A stretch of 64,000 bases of DNA from an uncultured Candidatus Binatia bacterium (GCA_964291295.2 OZ219754.1:288001-352000); one strand, 5' to 3'. Positions 31,431-44,012 are shown, counted from the stretch's first letter. The notes: a model not told the origin generated them from the sequence alone. Translations and numbers: made by a program.

Positions 31431-32897
31431 ATGCTCGATCAGGAGGTCTTGCCGCTTGGACTGACGTTCGACGACGTGCTGCTGGTGCCGGCGGAGTCAT
31501 CGGTCCTGCCGCTGGACACGGACGTATCCACGCGGTTGACGGAGCGCATCCAGCTCAACATTCCCCTCCTGAGCGCCGCCATGGATACGGTCACCGAATC
31601 CAGAACGGCCATCGCCATGGCCCAGGAGGGGGGGCTGGGCTTCATCCACCGCAACATGTCCGTGGAAGCGCAGGCCAGGGAGGTCGAAAAGGTCAAGAAG
31701 TTCGAAAGCGGCATGATCTCGGACCCCGTCACCGTGAGCCCCCACCAGAAGATCGCCGAGGCGCGGGTGCTGATGGAGCAGCACGGCATCTCGGGCCTGC
31801 CGGTGACGCAGAAGGGCCGGCTGGTGGGCATCCTGACCAACCGCGACCTTCGTTTCGAAAAGAATCTGGAACGTTGCGTCGACGAGTTGATGACCCGGGA
31901 TCACCTGGTGACGGTGCGGGACGGCGTCGACCTCGACAAGGCCCAGGAACTGCTGCACCGCCACCGCATCGAGAAGCTGCTGGTGGTGGACGGGGACTAC
32001 CGCTTGAAGGGTCTGATCACGGTGAAGGACATCGAGAAGAAGACCCGCCACCCGATGGCCTGCAAGGACGACCGCGGGCAACTCCGGGTGGGCGCCGCCG
32101 TGGGCGTGGGGGCCGACCGGGAGGAGCGCATCGACGCGCTGGTACGGTCCGGCGCCGACGTGATCGCGGTGGACACGGCCCACGGCCACGCCCGCAAGGT
32201 GCTGGAGACGGTGGCGCAGATTCGCCGCGACTATCCGGAACTGGAGATCATCGGCGGCAACGTGGCCACGGCCCGGGGCGCCCAGGCACTTGTGGACGCC
32301 GGCGTCAACGGCGTCAAGGTGGGTGTCGGACCCGGCTCCATCTGCACCACCCGGGTGGTCTCGGGGGTGGGCGTGCCCCAGCTCAGCGCCATTGCCGACT
32401 GTGCCCGGATCGGCGCCCGCACCGGCGTCCCGCTGGTGTCCGACGGCGGCATCAAGTACTCCGGCGACATCACCAAGGCACTGGCGGCCGGCGCCAGCTC
32501 CGTAATGATCGGCACGTTGTTCGGGGGCTGCGAGGAAAGCCCCGGCGAAACCGTGCTCTACCAGGGCCGTACCTACAAGGTCTACCGCGGCATGGGCTCC
32601 CTCGGCGCCATGCGCGAAGGCAGCCGCGACCGTTACGCCCAGGATGAGATCGAGGAGGATGTGAAGCTCGTCCCGGAAGGGGTCGAAGGCCAAGTGCCCT
32701 ACCGCGGCACCTTGGCGGCCAACGTCTATCAACTCATCGGCGGCGTGCGCGCCGGCATGGGCTATGTCGGCTGCGGCAACATCGAAGAGCTCCAGGCCAG
32801 GGCGCGGTTCATGCAGGTCACCGCCGCCGGCCTTACCGAAGGCCACGTTCACGACGTCTTCATCACCAATGAAGCGCCCAACTACCGCAGAGAGTGA
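31431..32897 (+). CDS. guaB: IMP dehydrogenase
   Basis: [19 protein letters not shown] pair, [15 protein letters not shown]. Confidence 0.97.
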   Translation: MLDQEVLPLGLTFDDVLLVPAESSVLPLDTDVSTRLTERIQLNIPLLSAAMDTVTESRTAIAMAQEGGLGFIHRNMSVEAQAREVEKVKKFESGMISDPVTVSPHQKIAEARVLMEQHGISGLPVTQKGRLVGILTNRDLRFEKNLERCVDELMTRDHLVTVRDGVDLDKAQELLHRHRIEKLLVVDGDYRLKGLITVKDIEKKTRHPMACKDDRGQLRVGAAVGVGADREERIDALVRSGADVIAVDTAHGHARKVLETVAQIRRDYPELEIIGGNVATARGAQALVDAGVNGVKVGVGPGSICTTRVVSGVGVPQLSAIADCARIGARTGVPLVSDGGIKYSGDITKALAAGASSVMIGTLFGGCEESPGETVLYQGRTYKVYRGMGSLGAMREGSRDRYAQDEIEEDVKLVPEGVEGQVPYRGTLAANVYQLIGGVRAGMGYVGCGNIEELQARARFMQVTAAGLTEGHVHDVFITNEAPNYRRE

Positions 32898-34426
32898 TCG
32901 TCGTTCTTGATTTCGGGTCGCAGTACACGCAACTCATCGCACGCCGTGTCCGGGAAGCGCGTGTCTACTGCGAAATCCACCGCTTCGATACGCCGGTGGA
33001 AAGCCTGGCCCGCCTGGAGCCCGACGGCATCATCCTGTCCGGCGGACCCGCCAGTGTCTATGCCGGCGGCGCCCCCTCGGTGGGAGCGGAGCTGTTCCGG
33101 CTGCGCGTGCCCTTTCTGGGCATCTGCTACGGCATGGGTGTCATCAACCAGGCCATGGGAGGCTCGGTGGCAAAGGCCGCCCGGCGCGAGTACGGTCTCG
33201 CCGACCTCCACATCGACGATGACACCGATCTGTTCGCCGGCCTTGAGCAGGGGGACGGCCAGAGCGTGTGGATGAGCCACGGCGACCGGATGACATCCCT
33301 GCCCGAGCACTGGTCGGTAATCGCGCATACCGGGAACTCCCCCATCGCCGCCTTTGCCGACGACCGGCGCCTTTTCTACGGCCTCCAGTTTCATCCCGAA
33401 GTGGCGCACACCCGGAACGGGCGGACCATGCTGGAGAACTTTCTGTTCCGCATCTGCCGGTGCGCCGCCGACTGGGACATGGAGCACTTCGCCACCGCCG
33501 CGGTGGAGAAGATTCGCCGGCAGGTGGGCGGCGGACGGGTACTGTGCGGCCTGAGCGGCGGGGTGGATTCATCGGTGGCCGCCACCTTGGTGCACCGCGC
33601 CATCGGCGACCGGCTCGCATGCCTTTTCGTCAACAACGGGCTGCTGCGGCAGGGGGAGCCCGAAGCGGTGTACGAGGTCATGAGTCGACGTTTCGGCGCG
33701 GGGTTTCACTACGTGGACGCCTCCCCGCGGTTCCTCGACGTGCTGGCCGGGGTGGAAGACCCCGAAGACAAGCGCAAGCGCATCGGCAATCTGTTCATCC
33801 GCGTGTTCGAGGAAGAGACCCGCAAGCTCGGCGACTTTCCGTTCCTGTGCCAGGGAACCCTCTACCCCGACGTCATCGAATCGGTTGCCCATGCCGGGCC
33901 GTCCGCGCTGATAAAGAGCCACCACAACGTCGGCGGGCTCCCGAAGCAGATGAAGTTCGAACTGGTGGAGCCCCTGCGGGAACTCTTCAAGGACGAAGTG
34001 CGCGTGTTGGGGCAGGAACTGGACCTGCCGCACAAGTGGATCCACCGGCAGCCCTTCCCGGGCCCGGGTCTGGCCATCCGCATCCTCGGCGACGTCACCG
34101 CGGAACGGCTGCGGATCCTGCGGGCCGCGGACGCCATCGTGGTGGAGGAGGTCCGCGGCGCCGGGCTCTACGAGAGCCTCTGGCAGTCCTTCGCCGTGCT
34201 GCTGCCCATCCGCACCGTGGGTGTCATGGGCGACGAGCGCACTTACGAGAACGTCGCCGCCGTGCGGGCGGTGGACAGCCGGGACGGCATGACCGCCGAC
34301 TGGGTTCCGCTGCCCGCCGAGCTGCTGGGCCGCATCTCCAACCGCATCATCAACGAGGTGCCGGGCATCAACCGGGTGGTCTACGATATCTCGTCCAAGC
34401 CCCCGGCCACCATCGAATGGGAATGA
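32894..34426 (+). CDS. guaA: GMP synthase (glutamine-hydrolysing)
   Basis: [39 protein letters not shown]. Confidence 0.97.
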   Translation: MIVVLDFGSQYTQLIARRVREARVYCEIHRFDTPVESLARLEPDGIILSGGPASVYAGGAPSVGAELFRLRVPFLGICYGMGVINQAMGGSVAKAARREYGLADLHIDDDTDLFAGLEQGDGQSVWMSHGDRMTSLPEHWSVIAHTGNSPIAAFADDRRLFYGLQFHPEVAHTRNGRTMLENFLFRICRCAADWDMEHFATAAVEKIRRQVGGGRVLCGLSGGVDSSVAATLVHRAIGDRLACLFVNNGLLRQGEPEAVYEVMSRRFGAGFHYVDASPRFLDVLAGVEDPEDKRKRIGNLFIRVFEEETRKLGDFPFLCQGTLYPDVIESVAHAGPSALIKSHHNVGGLPKQMKFELVEPLRELFKDEVRVLGQELDLPHKWIHRQPFPGPGLAIRILGDVTAERLRILRAADAIVVEEVRGAGLYESLWQSFAVLLPIRTVGVMGDERTYENVAAVRAVDSRDGMTADWVPLPAELLGRISNRIINEVPGINRVVYDISSKPPATIEWE

Positions 34427-37400
34427 CGCGCGTGAATCAGAGCTTCGTACACCTTCACTGCCACACCCAGTACAGCCTGCTGGATGGCGCCAACAAGATC
34501 GACCCGCTGATCGAGCGGGCCAGGAGTCACGGGCAACCGGCCGTGGCCATGACCGATCACGGCAACATGTTCGGTGCGGTGGAGTTCTACCGGAAGGCGG
34601 CGGCGGCGGGCATCAAGCCGATCCTGGGCTGCGAGGTATACGTGGCCCCGGGCCACCGCCACGAACGCCAGGGGGTCGACCGCGGCAACCGGGAGTACAA
34701 CCACCACCTGATCCTGCTGGCCATGAACCACGAGGGCTACCGCAACCTGTGCCGGCTGGTCACCCGGGGCTACACCGAAGGATTCTACTACAAGCCGCGG
34801 ATCGACAAGGAGCTGCTGCGGGAGTTCAACGAAGGCATCATCGCCCTGAGCGGCTGCCTGAGCGGCGAGATGGCCAAGGCCTTGAGCCTGGGTTCCATGG
34901 AACAGGCCCGGAAGGTGGCGGAGGCCTACCGGGCCATCTTCGACGACCGCTACTACCTTGAGGTCCAGGACAACAAGCTGCCCCTGCAGGAAAAGGTCAA
35001 CGCGGGCATCCTGGAACTGGGCAAGGAGCTGTCGCTTCCCATCGTGGCCACCAACGACTGCCACTACCTCGACCCCGAGGATGCCCATGCCCACGACGTG
35101 CTGCTCTGCATCCAGACCGGCAAGGGCCACAACGACCCCAACCGGATGAAGATGGACACCAATGAGCTCTACCTCAAATCCACCGAGCAGATGCGGGAAG
35201 GGTTCGCACATCTGCCGGAGGCGGTGGAGCAGAGCGTGGCCATCGCGGAACGCTGCGACGTGGAGATCGAGTTCGGCAACTACCACTTTCCACACTACGA
35301 GGCGCCGAACGCCGAGAGCCTCGACGACTACCTGGACGCGTGCGCCCGCGAGGGTCTCCGTCGCCGTCTCAAGGACGCCGGCGCCGTCGACCGCGACGCC
35401 TATCGGGCACGGCTCGACTACGAGCTGGATGTCATCAAGAGCATGCAGTTTCCGGGATATTTCCTCATCGTCGCGGACTTCATCAACCATGCGAAGGACA
35501 AGGGCATTCCGGTGGGTCCGGGACGCGGCTCCGCCGCCGGCAGCCTGGTGGCCTATGCCCTGCGCATCACCGACCTCGATCCGATTCGGCACAATCTGCT
35601 GTTCGAGCGCTTCCTGAACCCGGAACGGCGCTCCATGCCGGACATCGACGTGGACTTCTGCATCCGCGGCCGCGATCAGGTGATCCAGTACGTCAAGGAC
35701 AAGTACGGCGCCGACAAGGTGGCCCAGATCACCACCTTCGGGACCCTGAAGGCCAAGGCGGCCATCCGCGACGTGGGCCGCGCACTGGGCTTGTCCTTTG
35801 CCGAGACCGACGCCATCGCCAAGCTGGTGCCGGCTTCCAGGCAGGGGTTCGACTGCCCGCTCACGGAGGCACTGAAGCAGGAGCCGCGGCTCAATCAGCT
35901 GGCGGACGACGACCCGCGCGTGGCCAACCTCATCAACCACGCGCTGCGGCTGGAGGGCCTCACCCGGCACTCGTCGACCCATGCCGCCGGGGTGGTCATC
36001 GCCAACCGCCCGCTGGTGGACCATCTGCCGTTGTACGTAGACCGGGACGGCGGTATCGTCACCCAATACGACATGTCGAGCGTGGAGAAGATCGGCCTCA
36101 TCAAGTTCGACTTCCTGGGCCTCAAGACGCTGACGCTCCTCCACGACTGCCTGGACCTGGTACGGGAGAGCCGCGGCACCGCGCCGGACCTCGAGACCCT
36201 GCCCCTGGACGACCCGGACGCCTACGGCCTGGTGGGAAGCGGCAATACCACCGGGATCTTCCAACTGGAAAGCACGGGCATCCGGGCCATGAGCGTGCGC
36301 ATCAAGCCCGACTGTTTCGAGGATCTGGTGGCCATCCTCGCCCTCTACCGTCCCGGACCGCTCGACAGCGGCATGGCGGAGGAATACATCAAGCGCAAGA
36401 GCGGCACGGAGAAGACATCCTACCTGCACCCGGCCCTGGGTCCCATCCTCAAGGACACCTACGGCGTCATTGTCTATCAGGAACAGGTGATGCAGATCGC
36501 CCAGACCATGGCCGACTACAGTCTCGGGGACGCCGACATCCTGCGCCGCGCCATGGGCAAGAAGGACCCGGAGGAGATGGCCAGCCAGCGGCGGCGGTTC
36601 ATCGAGGGGGCGCGCGCCAACGGCGTGCGGGACGATCACGCCACCGCGATCTTCGACCAGATGGAGACCTTTGCGCGGTACGGCTTCAACAAGTCCCATT
36701 CCGCCGCCTACGCGCTGGTTTCCTATCACACGGCCTGGCTGAAGGCCCACTACCCGGTGGAGTTCATGGCGGCCTTGATGAGTTCGGAGATGGGCGACAC
36801 CGACAAGGTCATCAAGAACCTCGCCGAGTGCCGCGAGCAGGGTGTGGAGGTGCTGCCTCCGGACGTCAACGAGGGCGGCGCCGAGTTCACGGTGACGGGC
36901 GAGCGGATCCGCTTCGGCCTGTCAGCGGTGAAGAACGTCGGCGGCAAGGCCGTCGATGCCATCAAGGAAACCCGCGACCGCAGCGGACCTTTCGAGTCGC
37001 TCTTCGATTTCTGCCGGCGCGTGGACCTCAAGGTGGTCAACCGGCGGGTGGTGGAAAGCCTGATCAAGTGCGGCGCCTTCGACTCCACCGGCGTCTACCG
37101 CGCGCGCCTCATGGTGGCGCTGGACGACGCGCTGAAGGCGGGCCAGTCGTCCCAGCGGGACCGGGACAGCTCCCAGTTCGGCATGTTCGACCTGCTCGAG
37201 GTGCCGACAGCCGATCCCATGGACGCCTACACCTCCGTGGAGGAATGGACCGGAGGCCAACTGCTGGCGTTCGAGAAGGAAACCCTCGGCTTCTACATCA
37301 CCGGCCATCCGCTGGACCGGTTCGAGGACTCCTGCCGTCGCCTCGGCGTGGTGACGGCGAACCAGGTCCGGGAGCACGGCAGCAACGGCGAGGTGACCAT

Positions 37401-37902
37401 GGTGGGCGTGGTGACGGCGCTCAAGCTCAGGAACACCAAGAAGGGCGAGCGATACGCCAGCTTCAATCTCGAGGACAAGAGCGGATTCGTGGATACCATC
37501 GCGTGGCCCGACACCTACCGGCAGGCGGCCGACTGCATCGGACGCGACGACCCTATCCGGGTCAAGGGCAGACTCGACGCGGGCGAAGAGCGCGTCACCC
37601 TGATCGCCAACGACATCCTGCCGCTGGAGGAGGCCTGCGCCCAGACCATCGCCGCGCCTTCGAGCGCACCCCCCCGGGAGGTGCACTTCTACCTGAAGGA
37701 GATCAGCCGCCCGGAGTTGCAGCGCTTCCATGACCTCATCGCCGGCGCGCAGGGACAGGCGTCCGTCTATCTGCACATGACCACACCCGACCGGGAGACC
37801 CGGGTGATCGGACCCGCCAACTTCCGCATCAACCCGTCGAAGAGACTCCTGGACACCGTGCACCGTACCTTCGGCGCCCGCATCACGGCGAGAAGAAACT
37901 GA
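34423..37902 (+). CDS. dnaE: DNA polymerase III alpha subunit
   Basis: [14 protein letters not shown] (PHP), [28 protein letters not shown] fold. Confidence 0.97.
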   Translation: MTRVNQSFVHLHCHTQYSLLDGANKIDPLIERARSHGQPAVAMTDHGNMFGAVEFYRKAAAAGIKPILGCEVYVAPGHRHERQGVDRGNREYNHHLILLAMNHEGYRNLCRLVTRGYTEGFYYKPRIDKELLREFNEGIIALSGCLSGEMAKALSLGSMEQARKVAEAYRAIFDDRYYLEVQDNKLPLQEKVNAGILELGKELSLPIVATNDCHYLDPEDAHAHDVLLCIQTGKGHNDPNRMKMDTNELYLKSTEQMREGFAHLPEAVEQSVAIAERCDVEIEFGNYHFPHYEAPNAESLDDYLDACAREGLRRRLKDAGAVDRDAYRARLDYELDVIKSMQFPGYFLIVADFINHAKDKGIPVGPGRGSAAGSLVAYALRITDLDPIRHNLLFERFLNPERRSMPDIDVDFCIRGRDQVIQYVKDKYGADKVAQITTFGTLKAKAAIRDVGRALGLSFAETDAIAKLVPASRQGFDCPLTEALKQEPRLNQLADDDPRVANLINHALRLEGLTRHSSTHAAGVVIANRPLVDHLPLYVDRDGGIVTQYDMSSVEKIGLIKFDFLGLKTLTLLHDCLDLVRESRGTAPDLETLPLDDPDAYGLVGSGNTTGIFQLESTGIRAMSVRIKPDCFEDLVAILALYRPGPLDSGMAEEYIKRKSGTEKTSYLHPALGPILKDTYGVIVYQEQVMQIAQTMADYSLGDADILRRAMGKKDPEEMASQRRRFIEGARANGVRDDHATAIFDQMETFARYGFNKSHSAAYALVSYHTAWLKAHYPVEFMAALMSSEMGDTDKVIKNLAECREQGVEVLPPDVNEGGAEFTVTGERIRFGLSAVKNVGGKAVDAIKETRDRSGPFESLFDFCRRVDLKVVNRRVVESLIKCGAFDSTGVYRARLMVALDDALKAGQSSQRDRDSSQFGMFDLLEVPTADPMDAYTSVEEWTGGQLLAFEKETLGFYITGHPLDRFEDSCRRLGVVTANQVREHGSNGEVTMVGVVTALKLRNTKKGERYASFNLEDKSGFVDTIAWPDTYRQAADCIGRDDPIRVKGRLDAGEERVTLIANDILPLEEACAQTIAAPSSAPPREVHFYLKEISRPELQRFHDLIAGAQGQASVYLHMTTPDRETRVIGPANFRINPSKRLLDTVHRTFGARITARRN

Positions 37903-39194
37903 TGGATACCGGACGCGAGGAACGGAACGGGCCGGCAGGGCGGGTGGAGCGTACGCTGCTGGTAGGGGCGGAGACCGCGGCTGCCGGCGGCGATGTGCCG
38001 CTGGAGGACAGCCTGGAGGAACTCCGGGGACTCGCCGCCAGCGCCGGCGCCGAGGTTATCGGCGTGTTCAGCCAGAGTTCGGGGAGAGTCCGTGCCGCCA
38101 CCCTGGTGGGATCCGGAAAGGTCGAGGAGGTTCGCGCCTTTGCCGTGGAACAGCGCGCCGACCTGGTCATCTTCGACAACGACCTGACGCCGGCGCAGCA
38201 ACGAAACCTGGAGGCGTCGTTGGGCCTGCGGGTGATCGACCGTACCCAGCTTATTCTGGACATCTTCGCCCAGCGCGCCCGCAGCCGCGAAGGCAAGCTC
38301 CAGGTGGAACTCGCCCAACTCCAGTACCTGCTGCCCCGGCTGACCCGACTCTGGTCCCACCTTTCCCGGCTGGCCGGCGGGATCGGCACCCGCGGTCCGG
38401 GTGAGACCCAGCTCGAGGTGGACCGCAGGCGCATCCGGGAGCGCATCGGCCGCCTCAAGCGGCGCCTGGAGGACGTCGCCAGAACCCGGCGGTTGCAGCG
38501 CAAGGAGCGCGAATCCATCCCCTGCCCCACGGTGGCGCTGGTAGGCTACACCAACTCGGGCAAGTCCACCCTGATGAACCGCATCACCGGGGCCGGAGTG
38601 CTGGTGGAGGACAAACTCTTCGCCACCCTCGACCCCAGAACCCGGGCACTGCGGCTGCCCGACGGCGAACAGGTGATGCTGGTGGACACCGTAGGCTTCA
38701 TCAACAAGATTCCCCACACCCTCATGGACGCATTCAAGGCCACCCTGGAGGAGGTACGTCAGGCAGACCTGCTGCTCTGCGTGATGGACCCCACCAGTCC
38801 GCTGGCCGAACAGCAGTTCGCCATCGTCGACTCGGTGCTGGACGACATCGGCGCGGGCGAGACCGCCCGGCTGGTGGTGCCCAACAAGATCGACGTCGCC
38901 GAGGGCCTTCCGGTCTACCCGCAGAACGGCCACGAGGGTGTCTGCCCCATCTCGGCCCGCACCGGCGCGGGTATCGACAGGCTGCTGGAAACCATCGGCG
39001 GGCTGCTGGACCGGGGAAAGCAGACCCTCCGCCTGACGCTGCCGCAATCCGAGAGTGTCATCATCCCGTTCCTGCGTGCCCGGGGGCGCGTGCTCGCCGA
39101 GGAGTACGCCGGCGGCGACGTACACATCACCGCGCGGGTGACCGCAAAGGTCTCGGGACAGCTCCGGAAACTTGCCGCCGCCCCGCGCCATTGA
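37902..39194 (+). CDS. hflX: GTPase HflX
   Basis: [40 protein letters not shown]. Confidence 0.96.
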   Translation: MDTGREERNGPAGRVERTLLVGAETAAAGGDVPLEDSLEELRGLAASAGAEVIGVFSQSSGRVRAATLVGSGKVEEVRAFAVEQRADLVIFDNDLTPAQQRNLEASLGLRVIDRTQLILDIFAQRARSREGKLQVELAQLQYLLPRLTRLWSHLSRLAGGIGTRGPGETQLEVDRRRIRERIGRLKRRLEDVARTRRLQRKERESIPCPTVALVGYTNSGKSTLMNRITGAGVLVEDKLFATLDPRTRALRLPDGEQVMLVDTVGFINKIPHTLMDAFKATLEEVRQADLLLCVMDPTSPLAEQQFAIVDSVLDDIGAGETARLVVPNKIDVAEGLPVYPQNGHEGVCPISARTGAGIDRLLETIGGLLDRGKQTLRLTLPQSESVIIPFLRARGRVLAEEYAGGDVHITARVTAKVSGQLRKLAAAPRH

Positions 39195-39403
39195 CAGGAC
39201 CCCCTGCGTTTGGTAATAAATTCAGACCCTTGCGAATACGCGCGAAGGCGCACCCGAAGGTGCGTTGTGTTGTGTACCGTGTGTTGTGTACCGTGTTGCT
39301 TGATGCGTCGTGCCTTCGTCGCGTACAACACCGTGTGTTGAGCCCTTTGGTGTGTTGAGCCCTTTGTCGAGTCCCGTATCAGGTCTTTTGTTGAGTCTTA
39401 TCG

Positions 39404-39478
39404 AGGCACGTAGCTCAGTGGGAGAGCGCTTCCTTGACGCGGAAGAGGTCGGCGGTTCAATCCCGCCCGTGCCTACCA
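39404..39478 (+). tRNA. tRNA-Val(GAC)
   Basis: Cloverleaf AGGCACG...CGTGCCT-ACCA; anticodon arm CTTCC-TTGACGC-GGAAG; GGTTCAA T-loop. Confidence 0.95.
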
Positions 39479-39550
39479 GCCCGTGCCCGCCATTTTCCCG
39501 TTGACCTGCCGTCGAGAACGAGTCTCCTTGCCGGCGACCGCCAGGACAGC

Positions 39551-41467
39551 ATGAAGAAGATCCGCGTGACCGTGGCCGGCGGCGAAGTCATTGAGGCCGC
39601 TCCCGGCACCCGAGCCGGAGACATCGGGATGTCGCCTTCCGATTGCCGACGCATTGTTGCGGCCAAGGTGGACGGCGCCGCCGTGGACCTTGCCCGGCCG
39701 ATAACCGGGGACTGCGCCATTGAACGGATTCCCCTCGACAGCCCCGAGGGCATCGACATCCTGCGCCATTCCACCGCCCACCTGATGGCCCAGGCGGTTC
39801 AGAGCCTGTTTCCCGACACCCAGGTGACCATCGGCCCCACCACTCGGGATGGCTTCTACTACGACTTCAAGCGCGACAAACCGTTCACGCCGGAGGAGGT
39901 CGAAAAGATCGAGGAAAGGATGCGCGAACTGGCCGGGCAGGATATTTCCATCGCCCGCGAGGAGTTGCCCCGGGCGGAGGCCATCGCGCTGTTCCGCGGC
40001 ATGGGGGAGGACTACAAGGTCGAGATCCTCTCATCCATTCCCGACGACACCGTTTCGCTCTATCGCCAGGGCGGCTGGATCGATCTATGCCGCGGACCCC
40101 ATCTGCCCAGCACCGGGTTCATCCAGGCCTTCAAGCTCACCTCGGTGGCCGGGGCCTACTGGCGCGGCGACGAGAAGAACGAGATGCTCCAGCGCATCTA
40201 CGGCACCGCGTTCCCGTCCCGGAAGCAGTTGAAGCAGCACCTGGCGCTGCTCGAGGAGGCACGCAAGCGGGACCATCGCAAGCTCGGCAAGGAACTGGAT
40301 CTCTTCAGCTTCCATCCGGCGGCCCCGGCAAGCCCGTTCTTCCATCCCAAGGGAGCCCTGCTCCACAACACCCTGCTGGAGTACATGCGCGGCCTGTACC
40401 GGCGCTACGGCTACGAGGAGGTGATCACGCCCCAGATATTCGACGCCAGCCTGTGGCACCGCTCCGGGCACTACGACCACTACAAGGACAACATGTACTT
40501 CACCCGCATCGACGAGCGCGAGTTCGGGGTGAAGCCCATGAACTGCCCGAGCCACACGTTCATCTACGCATCGAAGAAGCGCTCCTATCGGGACCTGCCG
40601 TTGCGCCTGGCTGACTTCGGGAGGCTGCACCGCTACGAGAAGTCCGGAGTCACCGCGGGGCTCACCCGGGTGCGCAGCTTCTCGCAGGACGATGCCCACA
40701 TCTTCTGCACCCCGCCGCAGATCGAGGAGGAAGTCGACCGCCTGCTTGACATGCTCCGCGAGGTGTATCATAGGTTCAACTTCGAAGATCCGGAGGTCTT
40801 CCTCTCCACAAGGCCGGACCAATACCTGGGGGCTCTGGAAACGTGGGAGCGGGCCGAGGCCGCACTGGCCGCATCGCTGAAGAAACGGAACGCAGCCTAT
40901 GAGATCAGCGAAGGCGACGGGGCCTTTTATGGCCCGAAGATCGATTTCGTCGTCAAGGACGCGATGAAGCGTGGCTGGCAGCTCGGCACCGTCCAGCTCG
41001 ACTTCTCCATGCCCGAAAGGTTCGACCTTGGTTATGTCTCGCCTGCCGGAGACCTTGAACGGCCGGTGATGATTCACAGGGCGATTCTCGGCTCCATCGA
41101 ACGCTTCATGGCGTTGTTGATCGAGCACACCGGAGGGGCCTTTCCCCTGTGGCTGGCCCCGGTGCAGTCGCGCATCGTGACCGTCACGGATCGGCAGAAA
41201 CCGTACGCCGCCACCGTGCGCGACCGGCTGCTGGCGGACGGATGGCGGGTGGAACTGGACGAGCGCAACGAGAAGCTCGGCTTCAAGATCAGGGAAGCAC
41301 AGGTGGCGAGGATCCCTTACGCGCTGGTCATCGGCGACAACGAAGTGCAGCATGGCACGCTGTCGGCGCGGAAGCGCGGCGGCGAGAACCTTCCGGCCAT
41401 GTCCGTCGAGGCGTTCCTCGGCAGGTTGCGGGACGACCTGCGGCAGGAAACGGAGCCGGTCCGGTGA
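39551..41467 (+). CDS. thrS: Threonine--tRNA ligase
   Basis: RHSTAHLMA, DLCRGPH, GAYWRGD, KPMNCP, GAFYGPKID. Confidence 0.97.
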   Translation: MKKIRVTVAGGEVIEAAPGTRAGDIGMSPSDCRRIVAAKVDGAAVDLARPITGDCAIERIPLDSPEGIDILRHSTAHLMAQAVQSLFPDTQVTIGPTTRDGFYYDFKRDKPFTPEEVEKIEERMRELAGQDISIAREELPRAEAIALFRGMGEDYKVEILSSIPDDTVSLYRQGGWIDLCRGPHLPSTGFIQAFKLTSVAGAYWRGDEKNEMLQRIYGTAFPSRKQLKQHLALLEEARKRDHRKLGKELDLFSFHPAAPASPFFHPKGALLHNTLLEYMRGLYRRYGYEEVITPQIFDASLWHRSGHYDHYKDNMYFTRIDEREFGVKPMNCPSHTFIYASKKRSYRDLPLRLADFGRLHRYEKSGVTAGLTRVRSFSQDDAHIFCTPPQIEEEVDRLLDMLREVYHRFNFEDPEVFLSTRPDQYLGALETWERAEAALAASLKKRNAAYEISEGDGAFYGPKIDFVVKDAMKRGWQLGTVQLDFSMPERFDLGYVSPAGDLERPVMIHRAILGSIERFMALLIEHTGGAFPLWLAPVQSRIVTVTDRQKPYAATVRDRLLADGWRVELDERNEKLGFKIREAQVARIPYALVIGDNEVQHGTLSARKRGGENLPAMSVEAFLGRLRDDLRQETEPVR

Positions 41468-41498
41468 TACCGGGTCAGCTTTTTACAGGAGGTGCCTT

Positions 41499-42014
41499 AT
41501 AGCGCGGCCCACAAGAATCAACCAGCAGATCCGGGCACGCGAGGTTCGCGTCATCGATGCGGACAGCGGGCAACTCGGGGTCATGCCGTTGCATGAAGCA
41601 CTGGGCATCGCCGAGCAGAAGGAACTCGATCTGGTGGAAGTGGCCCCGGACGCGCAGCCGCCGGTGTGCCGCCTGCTGGACTACGGCAAGTTTCGCTACC
41701 TGCAGAAGAAGAAGACCCAGGAGGCGAAACGGAACGCCACTTTCGTTGCCGTCAAGGAAGTCAAGATGGGGGCCCGGACCAACCAGCACGACCGGGACTT
41801 CAAGATCAGGAACATCCGGCGCTTCCTCGAACGGGGACAGCGTGTCAAGGTGTCGGTGTTCTTTCGCGGCCGGGAGATCACGCACCCGGAGCTCGGCCGG
41901 GCCATGCTCAACGGTGTCTTCGATGAAGTGCAGGATCTGGCGAAACTGGACGTGTCGCCGAAGCTGGAGGGCCGGAACATGGCCATGCTTCTGACACCCA
42001 AGGCCAACGCCTGA
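41499..42014 (+). CDS. infC: Translation initiation factor IF-3 (ATA start)
   Basis: AGGAGGT then ATA; RINQQIRAREVRVI, LDLVEVAP, DYGKFRY, FRGRE. Confidence 0.93.
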   Translation: MARPTRINQQIRAREVRVIDADSGQLGVMPLHEALGIAEQKELDLVEVAPDAQPPVCRLLDYGKFRYLQKKKTQEAKRNATFVAVKEVKMGARTNQHDRDFKIRNIRRFLERGQRVKVSVFFRGREITHPELGRAMLNGVFDEVQDLAKLDVSPKLEGRNMAMLLTPKANA

Positions 42015-42045
42015 CACGAAACCGCTGAAGACAAGGAAATCCACG

Positions 42046-42243
42046 ATGCCCAAGATGAAGACAAAGAGGGGGGCCGCCAAGAGGTTCAAGGTCAGCAAGA
42101 GCGGAAAGGTCATGAGGCGGCGCGGCTTCACGAGCCATCTTCTGTCCGCCAAGGGCCGGAAGCGGAAACGCCGCCTGAGACAGGCCGAGTCGGTATCGAA
42201 CTGCGAAACCAGGACCATGCGCCGCCTCATTCCCTACCTGTAG
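42046..42243 (+). CDS. rpmI: 50S ribosomal protein L35
   Basis: MPKMKTKRGAAKRFK. Confidence 0.97.
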   Translation: MPKMKTKRGAAKRFKVSKSGKVMRRRGFTSHLLSAKGRKRKRRLRQAESVSNCETRTMRRLIPYL

Positions 42244-42380
42244 GGAAAGACCGGCCGGAGACTTGCGTCCCGCGGCACACCGGCGGGACCCGTTGAAACC
42301 ACCACCTGTTCGGAACGAAGTGCCCGGGCGCGCCCTCACCGGCGGCGCCCCCTTCGATATGGGTTCAAGGAGCGAGCGCG

Positions 42381-42752
42381 ATGTCCAGAGTCAAGGGCGG
42401 ACCGGCTTCCCGCCGGCGCCGAAGAAAGATCATGAAGCTGGCCAAGGGGTACGTCGGCGGCCGCCGCAGGCTTTACCGCACGGCCAGGGAGACCGTCGAG
42501 CGCGGGCTGGTCTACGCCTACCGGGACCGGCGGGTGCGCAAGCGAACGTTCCGGGGCTTGTGGAACATACGCATCAGCGCCGGCGCGCGGGTCCACGGAT
42601 TGTCCTACAGCCGACTGATTCACGGCCTGAAGGAGGCCGGGATGGAACTGGACCGCAAGATCCTGGCGGATATCGCGGCATGTGACGCGGCCGCGTTCGA
42701 CCAGATCGCCCAGCGCGCCAAGCTTGCACTCGAGTCCCGGACCCAAGCCTGA
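42381..42752 (+). CDS. rplT: 50S ribosomal protein L20
   Basis: MSRVKGG, AKGY.G, YAYRDRR.RKR.FR.LW. Confidence 0.97.
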   Translation: MSRVKGGPASRRRRRKIMKLAKGYVGGRRRLYRTARETVERGLVYAYRDRRVRKRTFRGLWNIRISAGARVHGLSYSRLIHGLKEAGMELDRKILADIAACDAAAFDQIAQRAKLALESRTQA

Positions 42753-42767
42753 CCTTCGGCCCCGCCC

Positions 42768-43805
42768 ATGATCGAGACTCTCGAGAAGCTCCATGAGGAG
42801 GTCGTCGGGCGCCTTGAGAAGTGCGCCTCGGAACAGGAACTGGAGCAGGTCCGCATCGACTACCTGGGGCGCAAGGGCGGGAAGCTCACCACGCTGCTGC
42901 GCGGGCTCCGGGAACTGCCGGCCGACCAGCGGCCGCAGGCAGGCCAGGAGCTGAACCGGCGGCGGGCCGAATTGGAGAGCCTTCTCGAGGCCCGCCTCAA
43001 GGGTCTCCGGGAAAAGCCGAACCCCCTGTTGGACGGTGCCCCGCGCCTCGACGTCACCCTCCCCGGCAACCGCCCGGAGCGGGGCCGCGTGCATCCCCTC
43101 ACCCGGGTCACGGACGAGATCATCGATGTCTTCACCGGCATGGGTTTCGAGATCGCCCGGGGGCCGGACGTCGAGGACGACTACCACAACTTCGAGGCGC
43201 TGAACATTCCCCGGGATCATCCGGCCCGGGACATGCAGGACACCTTCTTCGTGTCCGCGGATCACGTGCTGCGCACCCACACGTCACCGGTGCAGATCCG
43301 CGTCATGGAGCAACGCCGGCCGCCGCTGCAGGTCATCGCTCCGGGTACCGTCTACCGCCATGACGACGACGCCACCCACTCCCCCGTGTTCCACCAGGTG
43401 GAGGGCTTCATGGTGGACCGCCACATCACCTTCGGGGATCTGAAGGGCGTCCTGACCCACTTCCTGGAACAGATCTTCCAGGACGACGTGCGCGTCCGCT
43501 TCCGCCCGAGCTTCTTCCCGTTCACCGAGCCCAGCGCCGAGGTGGACATCGGCTGCATCCTGTGCCAGGACGCCGGGGACGCGGGCGGCTGCCGCGTGTG
43601 CCGGGGGTCGGGCTGGCTGGAGATCCTCGGCTCGGGAATGATCGACCCCAACGTGTTCCGCTTCGTGCGCTACGATGCCGAGACCTTCTCGGGCTTCGCC
43701 TTCGGCATGGGCGTGGAGCGCATCGCCATGCTGAAGTACGGGATCGACGACATCCGGATGTTCTTCCAGAACGACATCCGCTTCCTGAAACAGTTTCCGG
43801 CCTAG
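42768..43805 (+). CDS. pheS: Phenylalanine--tRNA ligase alpha subunit
   Basis: HPARDMQDTF, LRTHTSPVQ, FRPSFFPFTEPS, GFAFGMGVER. Confidence 0.97.
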   Translation: MIETLEKLHEEVVGRLEKCASEQELEQVRIDYLGRKGGKLTTLLRGLRELPADQRPQAGQELNRRRAELESLLEARLKGLREKPNPLLDGAPRLDVTLPGNRPERGRVHPLTRVTDEIIDVFTGMGFEIARGPDVEDDYHNFEALNIPRDHPARDMQDTFFVSADHVLRTHTSPVQIRVMEQRRPPLQVIAPGTVYRHDDDATHSPVFHQVEGFMVDRHITFGDLKGVLTHFLEQIFQDDVRVRFRPSFFPFTEPSAEVDIGCILCQDAGDAGGCRVCRGSGWLEILGSGMIDPNVFRFVRYDAETFSGFAFGMGVERIAMLKYGIDDIRMFFQNDIRFLKQFPA

Positions 43806-43986
43806 GAGCCTGTGCCGCAGGACGCTTCGAGGACGCTTCGGGATGTGACCGGTGGGATAGCATGACCAGATTTTCGTCCAAAATGCCAGAAACGTGTAGC
43901 CTTGTCCCATTATTGGACATTGATCGGGCGCCAAGTGGGATTCTGGTGGATCTCTGTCCCACGAAAACTTTCTGCGGCACAGACTC
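43806..43986. mobile_element. MITE (181 bp) with 15-bp TIRs and CTAG target duplication
   Basis: GAGCCTGTGCCGCAG (43806-43820) vs CTGCGGCACAGACTC (43972-43986), 14/15 complementary; CTAG at 43802-43805 and 43987-43990. Confidence 0.85.
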
Positions 43987-44012
43987 CTAGGGATCTCCCC
44001 GGCAAATCGATC

